DNA from: an uncultured Acidobacteriaceae bacterium
GTDB lineage: Bacteria; Acidobacteriota; Terriglobia; Terriglobales; Acidobacteriaceae
Assembly (NCBI GenBank): GCA_964407505.1
Contig: CAYOVU010000162.1
Location: 27,247-91,246 of the forward strand
DNA: 64,000 nt
Reading direction: 5' to 3'
Part shown: positions 19,564-28,770 of the stretch, piece after piece
Position numbering within the stretch: position 1 is the stretch's first letter
How the letters are laid out: each line of letters begins with the position of its first letter
Notes under the pieces: model-generated
Told to the model about the DNA's origin: nothing
Seen by the model: only the letters and a program-made list of their open reading frames with translations
Databases searched by the model: none
Translations under genes and position numbers: made by a program

Positions 19564-22500
19564 GTGACTAAAGCAGTCGTCAATCCAAGGATCGTGCATT
19601 CAGGCATCGCGGCGGCGATGATCGTTCTATGGCTTGTAGGGAGCAGTGTGCCCGTCAGCGCGCAGTCTACCTTTGGTAGTGTCGTCGGCGTGGTTCAGGA
19701 CAAGACACAGGCGGTTGTGCTAGGCGCAACAGTTACGATACGTCGTTTGGAAGACAACAGCACACGTTCTACCACGTCCGACCAGAACGGATCATTCGAG
19801 TTTCTGAACCTGAAGCCGGGGACCTATGCCCTTTCGGCTCAAGCCGATGGTTTCGCCGAATTCCAAGTTCCATCCGCCGACCTAACTTCGAGGCAGACGC
19901 TAAGGATCGATATCACGCTCGGGATTAAGAGCCAATCGCAGAGCGTGGAGGTCGCTGACACTGTTGCCGTGATTAATACGGAGAATGCGATGATCAGTGA
20001 CTCCAGGGACAACCAGCAGATCACTCAACTTCCGCTGAACAATCGCGCCACCACAACGAGCCCGCTGGCAGCGCTTTCACTTTCGCCAAACGTGCAACAA
20101 GACAGCTCGGGAAATATCGCGCTAGATGGCGCGAGTTCGGCGATGGTGAACTTTTCTGTCGACGGTATTTCCACTGCTAACGTAAGGCAGAACGGTGCGC
20201 TACAAGACGCTTACCCATCGCAAGAGGGGATCTCTGCCGTGAGCGTAACGTCGTTTAACAACAGCGCAGAGTTTTCGCAGGTCGGCGATGTTACTTTCAC
20301 CACCAAGAGCGGCACCAGTCAGTATCACGGCAGCCTGTTTGAGTATCTGCAAAATGATGCGCTCGACGCTGACCCCTATGGATTCAATGGCAAGTCGCCA
20401 AAACACTTCAACACCTTTGGCGGATCACTCGGCGGTCCACTGAGCATTTCCCATCTTTACAACGGGAAGGACAAAACATTCTTCTTTTTCGACTACGAGG
20501 GAAATCGCCGCTCCACCGCGGTTGCCCAGCAATTTCTCGTTCCTACGCAGGCGGAGCGAAACGGCGACTTAACTGCGATCGATGGCCCGGTGATTTCAAA
20601 CATCAATCCAACCGCCACAGCGCTTTTAACCTACTACCCGCTGCCTAATGTCACTGGCCAGTCGAACTACAATTACGAGAATTTCCAATCCACCCCCGCA
20701 CGCACTGACGGAGCTGACCTGCGCATCGACCACACGATCAATTTGAAGCAATCAGTTTACGCGCGCTTCAGCCGCAAGAACATCACCGAGGACTATGCCA
20801 ACCCGCTGTTACCGAATGACTCTGACAGTGTGCATAATCGCAGTCTGCTCGTCTCGCATACCTGGGCACTCACGCCTCGTCTGCTGAATGAATTCCGGTT
20901 CGGTTTTACAAATGTGACGACCAGCGTTGGTTTCCCGATCGAAGGCGCGAGTGCGCTCTCACAACTCGATCTGGCCGGCGTAAATATCAGCCAGCATCCC
21001 ACCACGCATGCTTTTCCTACGTTCAACTTCAGTGCCGGAACCGGATTTACGCCCATAGGCCGCGACAAGACCGGAGTGACACAGTCGAAGACAATCCAGT
21101 TCACCGACAATCTGAGTTGGACGCGAGGCAAGCACACCCTAAAGATGGGCTTGGATGCGCGAAGGGTGAGGTATTTCGATCTGGAGAGTTTTGCCCCCGT
21201 GTTTAACTCTGACGATTTCGGTGATTACATTTTCCAGGGTACATTCACTGGCAATGCCTTCGGCGACTTTCTCGAAGGAACACCGACGTCTCTGTTCTTT
21301 GCCGTGTCGAGTCCGGACGTGGGCGGAACCGCGTGGCAATACGGCGTGTTCGGGCAAGACGAATACCAGGTCAATAGCCATATAACGCTGAACTATGGCC
21401 TGCGCTGGCAGATCCTGCCGGGCTTTCACGAAGACGGCGGCAATCTGGCGAACTTCGACCAGAGAAACAATTCGATTGTCGTCCCCGACGAGCTGCTGGC
21501 GTATCTGCAGCAACAAAATATAGTGCCGTCCAACCTGGCATTCCAACAGTCGTTCAACGCCTGCAACCTGGATAATACCGCCTTGCCCTGCACGAATTAC
21601 GTTACTGCCAGCCAGGCCCACTTGCCGCAGTCGCTGCGCAACGTTTATATGCGGAACTTCCAGCCGCGGGTATCAATTGCGTGGCGCCCGTTCAACGACA
21701 CCAAAACTGTGATTCGCGCGGGGTTCGGCATCTTTACGATGACCAATCTTGGCCCGCTGTCCTTCAACAACAGCGGCAACCCGACATCCGCGCTGCACAC
21801 TTATACCAACAGTGGAACAACAGCAGTGCCTCTCATTCGGTTCCCCAATACGGCGCCACCCACGGTAGGCGTGCAGTACGGTGGAGGCGGTCTCGATCAG
21901 GGCGTTGATCCGAACTACCGTGATCCGCAAGCCAATCAGTGGAATCTCACCGTTGAGCGTCAACTTGGAAATAACGACAGCCTGCGTGTCAGTTACGTCG
22001 GCATGCACAGTTACCGGCTAAGCATCACCGAAGACCTCAACCAAATCCCGGCGAGTACCACGCCATATCAGGCTACCGCCACCAGTCCCTATGTCGATCC
22101 GCGAGCGCCTTACCACAACTGGTTCACCCTCTATAGCACTTTCAATGCCGGCGAGGCCAACTACAATGCGCTTCAAGTCGAGGAGAACCACAAGATGTCT
22201 CACGGGCTGTACTTCAGTGCGAACTACACGCTGGCGAAAAACCTTGCCAACAATCAAGGCGATACTCCAACTGCTTATGCGGGCGAAGTCAATTACGGAA
22301 TTCCCATCGCCAACCGCTTCGATGTCCACAGTGATTACGGCAACGTCGAAGGGACGCGTCGTAATCGTTTCCTTCTCACCGGTCTTTACCAGTTGCCCGT
22401 CGGCGAAGGCCGTACTTTCCTGAACACCGGTGGTTGGAGGAACGCAGTGCTGGGCGGTTGGGAGCTCACTACCATAACGTTGCTTGAAACTGGCCCTTGG

Positions 22501-22929
22501 CTTACGCCAAGCATCAGCGACTCCTTCGATCAGTCCAATACGGACGTCGTCAACCGTGGCGCTTTCTTGCGTCCCGACCAGGTCTCGACGAATTTCTACC
22601 AGGGTCAGTCGCGCGCGCAATACTTCAATCTCGCCGCATTCTCGCCCACTCCTGCCGGTGCTGGACGCTTCGGCAACGCCGGGGTTGGTATCCTGCAGGG
22701 CCCCGGCACAATCGCGGCCAGCCTCGGCCTCGCCAAAGTCTTCCGCGTTACCGAGGAAGTTAGAATGCGCTTCGAGTCCACGTTTACCAACGTGCTCAAC
22801 CATACAAACTTCGCTCCCCCGGCAACGCAGATCGATGTTCCGTCGACCTTTGGCGTTCTGAGCGCTCCGCAGACGGCAGAAAACGCGGGAAATCGCACCG
22901 GTCAACTCGCCTTGCGAATCGAATTCTAG
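19564..22929 (+). CDS. TonB-dependent receptor with carboxypeptidase-regulatory-like domain
   Basis: GTG start preceded by GGAGGG. Signal peptide ending VSAQ. CarboxypepD_reg-like GVVQDKTQAVVLGATVTIRR...GSFEFLNLKPGTYALS. Ends LRIEF (terminal Phe). Confidence 0.85.
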   Translation: MTKAVVNPRIVHSGIAAAMIVLWLVGSSVPVSAQSTFGSVVGVVQDKTQAVVLGATVTIRRLEDNSTRSTTSDQNGSFEFLNLKPGTYALSAQADGFAEFQVPSADLTSRQTLRIDITLGIKSQSQSVEVADTVAVINTENAMISDSRDNQQITQLPLNNRATTTSPLAALSLSPNVQQDSSGNIALDGASSAMVNFSVDGISTANVRQNGALQDAYPSQEGISAVSVTSFNNSAEFSQVGDVTFTTKSGTSQYHGSLFEYLQNDALDADPYGFNGKSPKHFNTFGGSLGGPLSISHLYNGKDKTFFFFDYEGNRRSTAVAQQFLVPTQAERNGDLTAIDGPVISNINPTATALLTYYPLPNVTGQSNYNYENFQSTPARTDGADLRIDHTINLKQSVYARFSRKNITEDYANPLLPNDSDSVHNRSLLVSHTWALTPRLLNEFRFGFTNVTTSVGFPIEGASALSQLDLAGVNISQHPTTHAFPTFNFSAGTGFTPIGRDKTGVTQSKTIQFTDNLSWTRGKHTLKMGLDARRVRYFDLESFAPVFNSDDFGDYIFQGTFTGNAFGDFLEGTPTSLFFAVSSPDVGGTAWQYGVFGQDEYQVNSHITLNYGLRWQILPGFHEDGGNLANFDQRNNSIVVPDELLAYLQQQNIVPSNLAFQQSFNACNLDNTALPCTNYVTASQAHLPQSLRNVYMRNFQPRVSIAWRPFNDTKTVIRAGFGIFTMTNLGPLSFNNSGNPTSALHTYTNSGTTAVPLIRFPNTAPPTVGVQYGGGGLDQGVDPNYRDPQANQWNLTVERQLGNNDSLRVSYVGMHSYRLSITEDLNQIPASTTPYQATATSPYVDPRAPYHNWFTLYSTFNAGEANYNALQVEENHKMSHGLYFSANYTLAKNLANNQGDTPTAYAGEVNYGIPIANRFDVHSDYGNVEGTRRNRFLLTGLYQLPVGEGRTFLNTGGWRNAVLGGWELTTITLLETGPWLTPSISDSFDQSNTDVVNRGAFLRPDQVSTNFYQGQSRAQYFNLAAFSPTPAGAGRFGNAGVGILQGPGTIAASLGLAKVFRVTEEVRMRFESTFTNVLNHTNFAPPATQIDVPSTFGVLSAPQTAENAGNRTGQLALRIEF

Positions 22930-23048
22930 GGTGCAACCAGTCAACTGGCGCACACGGATCGAGTTTTATATGTAAGCGGTCCTAGCGGCGGATCGCCTGA
23001 AAGCGGCATGAATAGCCGATCCCGACGAGGTACTCCACCGCAGTGAGA

Positions 23049-25871
23049 CTATTTTTTGCGTGTGTTCAGCTTGTCGAGTGCGCGTTTCAATTCTTCAAGC
23101 TTCTGTCCAGCCTCGCCGAGCTTTCCTTCCGCTGTCAGGCGCTGGTAGTCGGCAAGGTTTTTGGCGGCTTCGGCGATGAGCGCGTTGAGATCCGCTGCGG
23201 ACTGGGGCGACGCGGCGGATGCCGGTGCACCTCGCTCCGGTTCCGCCGGTACTGCGACGGCAGTCAGCGACGAGACCGCTCCCCCCAAAAGGGCCGTCAT
23301 CGCCGATTCGAAGGTTGGCCCGTACGCGAGCCGATCTTGCAGCGCAAGCACCACCAGACGCAACTCGGGCATCGGACTCCGCTCGGCCTGCAGGTAAATC
23401 GGTTCCGCATACAAGAGCGCGCGTCCGGTTGGAATTACCAGCAATGCCCCGCGCCGCACGTGCGAACCTTGTTGATTCCACAGCGTCAATTGTCCGGAAA
23501 GCTGCGCATTCTGATCAATTCGTGCCTCGATTTGCAGCGGTCCATCGACCAGCTTAGTCTTCGGAAAGTTGTAGACCACCGACGTACCATATTGTGAGCC
23601 GTCGCTGCGGCCGGCAATCCAGCCAATCAGATTATTCCGGTTAGCCGGCGTGAAAGGCAGAATCTCGACGAACTCCTCGCCGGTTTCGCCCGGCAGTTTC
23701 ATCAGCACAAAGTTCGGCTGCATTGCCTGCGTTACTTGCTGACCGGCCTCGCCCATGCCAACTTCGGTGGCGACGGTCCACAGATCCTCACGGTTGTAGA
23801 ACGCTGCTGGGTCCGTCATGTGATACAGACCGTAGACTTCCGCCTGCAACTTGAGCAACAACTCGGGGTAACGCACGTGTTTGCGCAGTCCTGGCGGCAT
23901 CATGGCCGCATCCTTGAACAGAGTCGGAAAGATGCGGCGGTAGGCTGTGACGATCGGATCATCCGTATCGAACACGTAGAACGTGGTTGTACCGTCGTAG
24001 GCGTCGACGACCACCTTAACGCTGTTGCGCATGTAGTTGATGGAATTGTTATCCAGACGATAGTGGGTCGAGTACGGATAGCTGTCTGAAACCGTGAACG
24101 CATCCATAATCCAGGACAGACGGCCATCGTCGCCGAGCACGATGTAGGCATCTGGATCGAACGTGAGAAACGGCGCTAACGCCGATACGCGATCGCGTAT
24201 GTTGCGCCGCATCAGCAGCCGGCTATCCTTGTTCACATCATCGCTGAACGGTAGCTTCGCGAGATCGCTTTGATCGAGCGCGATGATCATGCGGCGCAAG
24301 AAGCCGCCAAGTGCGATGCCACCGTTGCCTTCGTATGAAGTGAGGTTGTTAGACGCGCCCTGCGGGTAGTTAAATTCCTGCTGCCGGGTCTTCACGTAAA
24401 CGTCAGTGTTCGTCAACTCGCCGAAATAGATCTCCGGACGCTTCACCACTAAGCTACGCACCGTGCTCTGGACCGGCATATTGCTCAAGATCAGCGTGGG
24501 CAGCCCTTCCGCTGTGAACCCATTGACCGGGTTCATCGTGAGGCCGTAGCCGTGAGTGTAGATCAGTTTCTCGTTAATCCAGTTGCGGCTGCTCTCGGGA
24601 AGCTTATCCACGTTCAACTCGCGGGGCGCGAGCATCACCTCGCGAGTCGTACCGTCGATTTCATAGCGATCAATGTCGATGTCGGGGAAGTCGTAGTAGG
24701 TACGGATTTCCTGAATCTGGCGCAGCGTGTCCTGCAGTGCATGCCAGTCCCACAGCCGGATATTCTGAAGCGTAGCCTGATTGTTGGCCGGGTCGGCAGC
24801 CTCGACGGTCGTCTCAGCGGGAAACTCGCGCTGCGTGACTTGGCTCAACCCATAGGCCTGCCGCGTCAGTTCGGTGTTGTAGACAATGTAGGGCTTCTCG
24901 CGAACCAGTTCATTCGGTTTGACGATAAAGCTGCTGACGTACCACGCGACTCCTTGAACGGCGACATAACAGACGGCAGCCGGTAGGATCGCCGCGACCA
25001 GCCAGCGCCCGCGTGGCATTCGGGCGGCATTGACGGCTGCAATCACCGCGCCAAGAGCGAGCGCTACGCAGACGACGAGCATCCCGGTTAGGGTGACGTG
25101 CGCGTCCGTATAGGTCACACCCCCGAAGATCGTATGGTCGTCGAACAATCGCTCGAACCGGCCGATATACAGACGCATCGCGAGGATCAGCAACAGAAAC
25201 GCAAACGTGATCGACAGCCCGCGCCAAGGTAATGGGACGGAGCGGCTGAGACGCCCCGCGAGTACACGGCTGCCGCCCGTGATGAGGACGAAGAAGACGG
25301 CGAGTAGACAGCCAATCACAGTTAGCGAAAGCAGCCAAGCGGCAATGAGCTGCCACGCGGGCAGGGTGAACAGAAAGAAGTTCAGCGGCTCGCCAAAAAT
25401 CGGGTCTATGACGCCACCGGTGGGGCGGGGCGCGTACCAAAAGAGCGCGAGCGTTGGCCACTCCGCCATCATGCCGGCGCCGGTTGCAGCCGCAATGGCG
25501 AGCGACAAGCCGAGCGCAAAGAGGCGCAGGACGGGCTCAATCGGAAACTTCACCGGTCGTCCGCCGATTAGAATCGTGTGACCGGTCGGCAAATCGGAGA
25601 GATGTGCCCGCTTCAGAGTTAGGAACGACCCGTACAGAATGAGGAATGTAGCCGCTGCAAAAAGCGCGAAGACTCCCCACTGAAGACTCAGGGTTTTCCA
25701 GAACACGTCCCCGTAGCCGAGCGACCTGAACCAGAGCAGATCCACGTAATTCGACAACGCGGTCCGGCTGCCAAAGAAGATGACGGCAAGAACCGCTAAA
25801 ATGAGAACGAGCCGACGGCGGTGGCGAGGCCGCGCTGCGGGCGTCCGCGGCCAGTCAATGGACTCGGGCAT
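23049..25871 (-). CDS. UPF0182-family large membrane protein
   Basis: 940 aa. N-terminal third has multiple TM helices and the motif YVDLLWFRSLGYGDVFW. Large soluble C-terminal part. The architecture is typical of UPF0182. Confidence 0.8.
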   Translation of the reverse strand: MPESIDWPRTPAARPRHRRRLVLILAVLAVIFFGSRTALSNYVDLLWFRSLGYGDVFWKTLSLQWGVFALFAAATFLILYGSFLTLKRAHLSDLPTGHTILIGGRPVKFPIEPVLRLFALGLSLAIAAATGAGMMAEWPTLALFWYAPRPTGGVIDPIFGEPLNFFLFTLPAWQLIAAWLLSLTVIGCLLAVFFVLITGGSRVLAGRLSRSVPLPWRGLSITFAFLLLILAMRLYIGRFERLFDDHTIFGGVTYTDAHVTLTGMLVVCVALALGAVIAAVNAARMPRGRWLVAAILPAAVCYVAVQGVAWYVSSFIVKPNELVREKPYIVYNTELTRQAYGLSQVTQREFPAETTVEAADPANNQATLQNIRLWDWHALQDTLRQIQEIRTYYDFPDIDIDRYEIDGTTREVMLAPRELNVDKLPESSRNWINEKLIYTHGYGLTMNPVNGFTAEGLPTLILSNMPVQSTVRSLVVKRPEIYFGELTNTDVYVKTRQQEFNYPQGASNNLTSYEGNGGIALGGFLRRMIIALDQSDLAKLPFSDDVNKDSRLLMRRNIRDRVSALAPFLTFDPDAYIVLGDDGRLSWIMDAFTVSDSYPYSTHYRLDNNSINYMRNSVKVVVDAYDGTTTFYVFDTDDPIVTAYRRIFPTLFKDAAMMPPGLRKHVRYPELLLKLQAEVYGLYHMTDPAAFYNREDLWTVATEVGMGEAGQQVTQAMQPNFVLMKLPGETGEEFVEILPFTPANRNNLIGWIAGRSDGSQYGTSVVYNFPKTKLVDGPLQIEARIDQNAQLSGQLTLWNQQGSHVRRGALLVIPTGRALLYAEPIYLQAERSPMPELRLVVLALQDRLAYGPTFESAMTALLGGAVSSLTAVAVPAEPERGAPASAASPQSAADLNALIAEAAKNLADYQRLTAEGKLGEAGQKLEELKRALDKLNTRKK

Positions 25872-25988
25872 TGCTCCACTCCGTTCTCGTTAACCTCATA
25901 TAGTTATCCGCATAATACTCCCTCCGTTTTTCGCAATCTGCCTCATCGCTTGACTTTCGCCCCCACCGTTGCTTGTTTCAGTGCGTTT

Positions 25989-26180
25989 TCACGCGGCGCG
26001 AGTCACTGGTTTTCGCCGCTCCGGTAGTTCGACTGTCGAGTCTTCGCCAGGGCTGAGGCGCAACCGCACCCAATAACCGCTCGATAGAGTCTCGCGTTCC
26101 TTCCACAGCGCCACCAGGAATCGCACATAAAATGCAATACCAGCCGTGCACAGCACCGTCATTACGGTCTTGAGGAACAT
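25989..26180 (-). CDS. small single-pass membrane protein (hypothetical)
   Basis: 63 aa. One hydrophobic helix (TVMTVLCTAGIAFYVRFLVAL). Strong SD GGAGGG 6 nt before the ATG. It lies 117 nt upstream of UPF0182 on the same strand. Confidence 0.4.
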   Translation of the reverse strand: MFLKTVMTVLCTAGIAFYVRFLVALWKERETLSSGYWVRLRLSPGEDSTVELPERRKPVTRAA

Positions 26181-26280
26181 GCAGGACCCTCCGGGCTCGG
26201 GTCATAGTGCAGGGATGTTGCTTGGAATCACTCAACCCGATCAATTAAGCGCGACAATTCGTAAATGTCGAATAAAGAAA

Positions 26281-26790
26281 TCATAATTTGTTCGTAAAGG
26301 TGCACACTCCAGGACTTAGGAAGTGCGTGGGTAATCTCTTGGTTACACGGCCTTTCAGAGCGAAGGTGACAATGGTCGGTGGGATTGAAACGAACGTTTA
26401 CGCGGCCCAGAACCGGTCTTAGAGGAGATTAATGTCCCCGCCTGCCCGTCAGAATCACAATCTTGTTCTCTCGATCCTGGGCGATCAGCCGCGTCAGTCT
26501 TCCATGCGGAAACATCCCGGAGTGCGTGAGCACGAGCAAGCGCGGAATATGGGGACATCCATGATAAGTAAAAGCCAAGCTGCCGCTTTGGCGGCTACGC
26601 TGGATCGCACGCCGTTCGTCAACTTATCCACCCGACACCCGCTTCTAGATCTCAATCTTCTAAGCGTCAGGAGACCTCCATCTCTTGACTTTTACTTATC
26701 ATGGATGTCCCCGGTTTTCCGTTGAAAGTCAGACCCCGCTCTTCGTCCGAGCATGCGGCATGACATCTTGAGAGGGTAAAAATCTAAGCG
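26281..26790 (-). pseudogene. decayed enoyl-CoA hydratase (crotonase) paralog remnant
   Basis: Minus-strand translations give ...SDEERGLTFNGKP, then ...THSGMFPHGRLTRLIAQDRENKIVILTG, then (after a frameshift) AGGD, then ...PPTIVTFALKGR. These are colinear with RDDEGVLVAEVHTNGGP / SHTEFVDGFYRISQDRANKIVILTGAGGEF / PVIAAIEGRA of the intact gene at 27904..28707. A hand DNA alignment of the QDRxNKIVILTG region gave 34/45 identities. Stops and frameshifts are present. Confidence 0.45.
26551..26712. mobile_element. 162-bp element with perfect 24-bp terminal inverted repeats (MITE-like)
   Basis: GGGGACATCCATGATAAGTAAAAG at 26551-26574. Its exact reverse complement is at 26689-26712. The interior is 114 bp with no coding capacity for a transposase. 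It sits inside the crotonase remnant. Confidence 0.5.
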
Positions 26791-26796
26791 CGAACG

Positions 26797-27612
26797 TTAC
26801 TTGTCGAGCCACTCATCAAGGTCTGCCACGCGGTCAAACTCCCAAATTTCTTTGTCCCTTTCGGTTTTCTCAACGTCACTGATGGCGTCTCGTTCGGCAG
26901 CACTCAACACGCCTTTGTCAACTAGCTTGTCAAGCAAAGAACGAAGCCCGACGAGACTGATGGCGACACTATCTTCGATGTTGCTGAATTGGGGTTGGAA
27001 GAAACCGCGAGAAGCTGGCTCATCGTATGCTTTATCAACTAACAACAGATTCATTCGGTACCTGTCATCTTTCTTTGACCAGACCATCTGTCCAAAACGC
27101 ATTTCTCGTGGCGTGTCATTGACGCCTTTTCGCACCACCTGAAAATAAGGCTTCAGTTTTCGAGTTTTGCTTTCCTGTACTTCAGTGAGTTCGACTCTAG
27201 CTTCGATCGTCAATCTACCCTTATTATCGAACTCCTCGCTGTACTTGTAAGGCGTGTATTCGGAACCCGCAATCACCAGTTTTGAAATCTTGATATCTTC
27301 CACTTCGAACAACTCCCACGAAAAAGTTGTTTCGGGCGCGCCTTCACGGTAGCTGTTTGAATGCTGCCCGATTTTCCAACGCCGTTCTTTGCTGGGGTTG
27401 TCAGCATCGGTCTGCACAAATTGCTCGGAGTTGATGAAATCTTCAACGGCGACCGTATCATCGTCGTTCTCGCTCTCAAAACGAACTTGCAATCGGATGA
27501 GTTCTTTACCGGTTGATTGTGATGCGAGAACTTCTCGCTCCAAGAGTTCAGCCGTGATTGGAAGCTCTCCCGCTTTCAACTGAACAAGAGGAAAATTGCT
27601 GGTCGATGCCAT
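26797..27612 (-). CDS. hypothetical protein, 271 aa, acidic, no recognisable motif
   Basis: Clean ORF with AAGGAG upstream. Visibly A/T-richer than neighbours. No TM segment or signal peptide. Confidence 0.6.
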   Translation of the reverse strand: MASTSNFPLVQLKAGELPITAELLEREVLASQSTGKELIRLQVRFESENDDDTVAVEDFINSEQFVQTDADNPSKERRWKIGQHSNSYREGAPETTFSWELFEVEDIKISKLVIAGSEYTPYKYSEEFDNKGRLTIEARVELTEVQESKTRKLKPYFQVVRKGVNDTPREMRFGQMVWSKKDDRYRMNLLLVDKAYDEPASRGFFQPQFSNIEDSVAISLVGLRSLLDKLVDKGVLSAAERDAISDVEKTERDKEIWEFDRVADLDEWLDK

Positions 27613-27689
27613 AAAAGTAAGAACTCCTTACTCTCATTTTATCGCGAGCAGGGGGCGGGTGGCCCAGGCTTCTGATCTCGGTGGCGTCA

Positions 27690-27851
27690 CCACAGAGCGG
27701 GTGCCCTGTCCTTCGCGCACTTTGCGAAGGGCGGGAGTCGGAAATGCCGCGCCAAGCGGGTTTGATCACGCCGCCACAACAAATCAAAATGGCGCGGGCA
27801 GCATCGCCACCCACCCTTGCAAAAAACGCAAGGATGGGGCACCCTCTGTGG
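27690..27851. repeat. REPIN-like doublet: two inverted copies of a ~45-nt REP-like unit
   Basis: Unit A (27690-27737, inverted) versus unit B (27808-27851) gave 37/44 aligned positions identical by hand. Each unit has its own internal hairpin (CCTTCGC..GCGAAGG and CCTTGC..GCAAGG). Confidence 0.6.
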
Positions 27852-27903
27852 GAATGCTGCACACAAACATCGTTAAAAGTTGCCACCCGCCTTTCGGTGC
27901 GCT

Positions 27904-28707
27904 TTATGCGACTTTCCCTTTCTGAGCAACAGGCTCACTCTTGGATTGCATTGATTTGACGAGAGCGGCTGCCGAGGCTCCTTCGAGCGACAGTCCATAG
28001 CCGACCTCCCGGACAATGCGCTCTTTCAACGGTTGAATGAAATGTACGCGCGTATTGCGGCGGGTCACTTCGGGGGCCTTCAAGTACAACTTGGCCAATT
28101 CCCGTGCCCGGCTGAGCGCCTTGCCATTCGGCACAACTTCGGCAACCACTCCCCATTCATATGCGGTACGCGCTGTTAACGGCTGTGGATTCAGCAGAAA
28201 CGCCTCCGCTCGTCCTGCTCCAGCGCGATAACTCCAGGTGGTAAAAATTCCATCGCCGGGCGCAACACCCTGGGAGAAGTGGGCCACATCCTCGAAAGTC
28301 GCGCCATCTGCCGCCACAATTACACTGGCAAGCAGCGCGTAGTCTGAATGCACGTGGGCACGTCCCTCGATTGCCGCGATGACTGGGACGCGTATGTTGG
28401 TTATGTTTTCCAAAGCCTGAACACCTTCATCGTGAACCTGGCTCCAAACGCCGGGATCGGCGGCGTTGCCGAACGAGGACCAATCAACATCAGTAATGAA
28501 CTCCCCACCAGCGCCCGTAAGGATTACGATCTTGTTCGCGCGATCCTGCGAAATCCGGTAGAACCCATCGACAAATTCCGTGTGAGACTGCGCGGTCATA
28601 ATGCACGGCCCACCGTTGGTGTGGACTTCAGCAACCAGCACGCCTTCGTCATCTCGTGTCAGCTTTAGGTTGTGATAAGCATTGAAGTAGTCACTCTGAA
28701 ATTGCAT
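27904..28707 (-). CDS. enoyl-CoA hydratase/isomerase (crotonase) family protein
   Basis: 267 aa. Crotonase-type motifs IVILTGAGGEF and PVIAAIEGRAHV. Confidence 0.8.
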   Translation of the reverse strand: MQFQSDYFNAYHNLKLTRDDEGVLVAEVHTNGGPCIMTAQSHTEFVDGFYRISQDRANKIVILTGAGGEFITDVDWSSFGNAADPGVWSQVHDEGVQALENITNIRVPVIAAIEGRAHVHSDYALLASVIVAADGATFEDVAHFSQGVAPGDGIFTTWSYRAGAGRAEAFLLNPQPLTARTAYEWGVVAEVVPNGKALSRARELAKLYLKAPEVTRRNTRVHFIQPLKERIVREVGYGLSLEGASAAALVKSMQSKSEPVAQKGKVA

Positions 28708-28770
28708 CGTATTCTCCTTATATCTGTATTGCCCTAACTGCGTTGTTTATTGCGAGGTCAGCACATTGCC

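Noticed and set aside
22018-22953. Long antisense ORFs inside large genes. Examples: 311 aa at 22018..22953, 352 aa at 33210..34268, 281 aa at 47533..48378, 266 aa at 52696..53496, 231 aa at 62689..63384.
   Set aside because: All lie fully inside, and opposite to, genes with strong family signatures. Their translations are Arg/Gly/Pro-rich with no motifs, which is typical of shadow ORFs in high-GC DNA.
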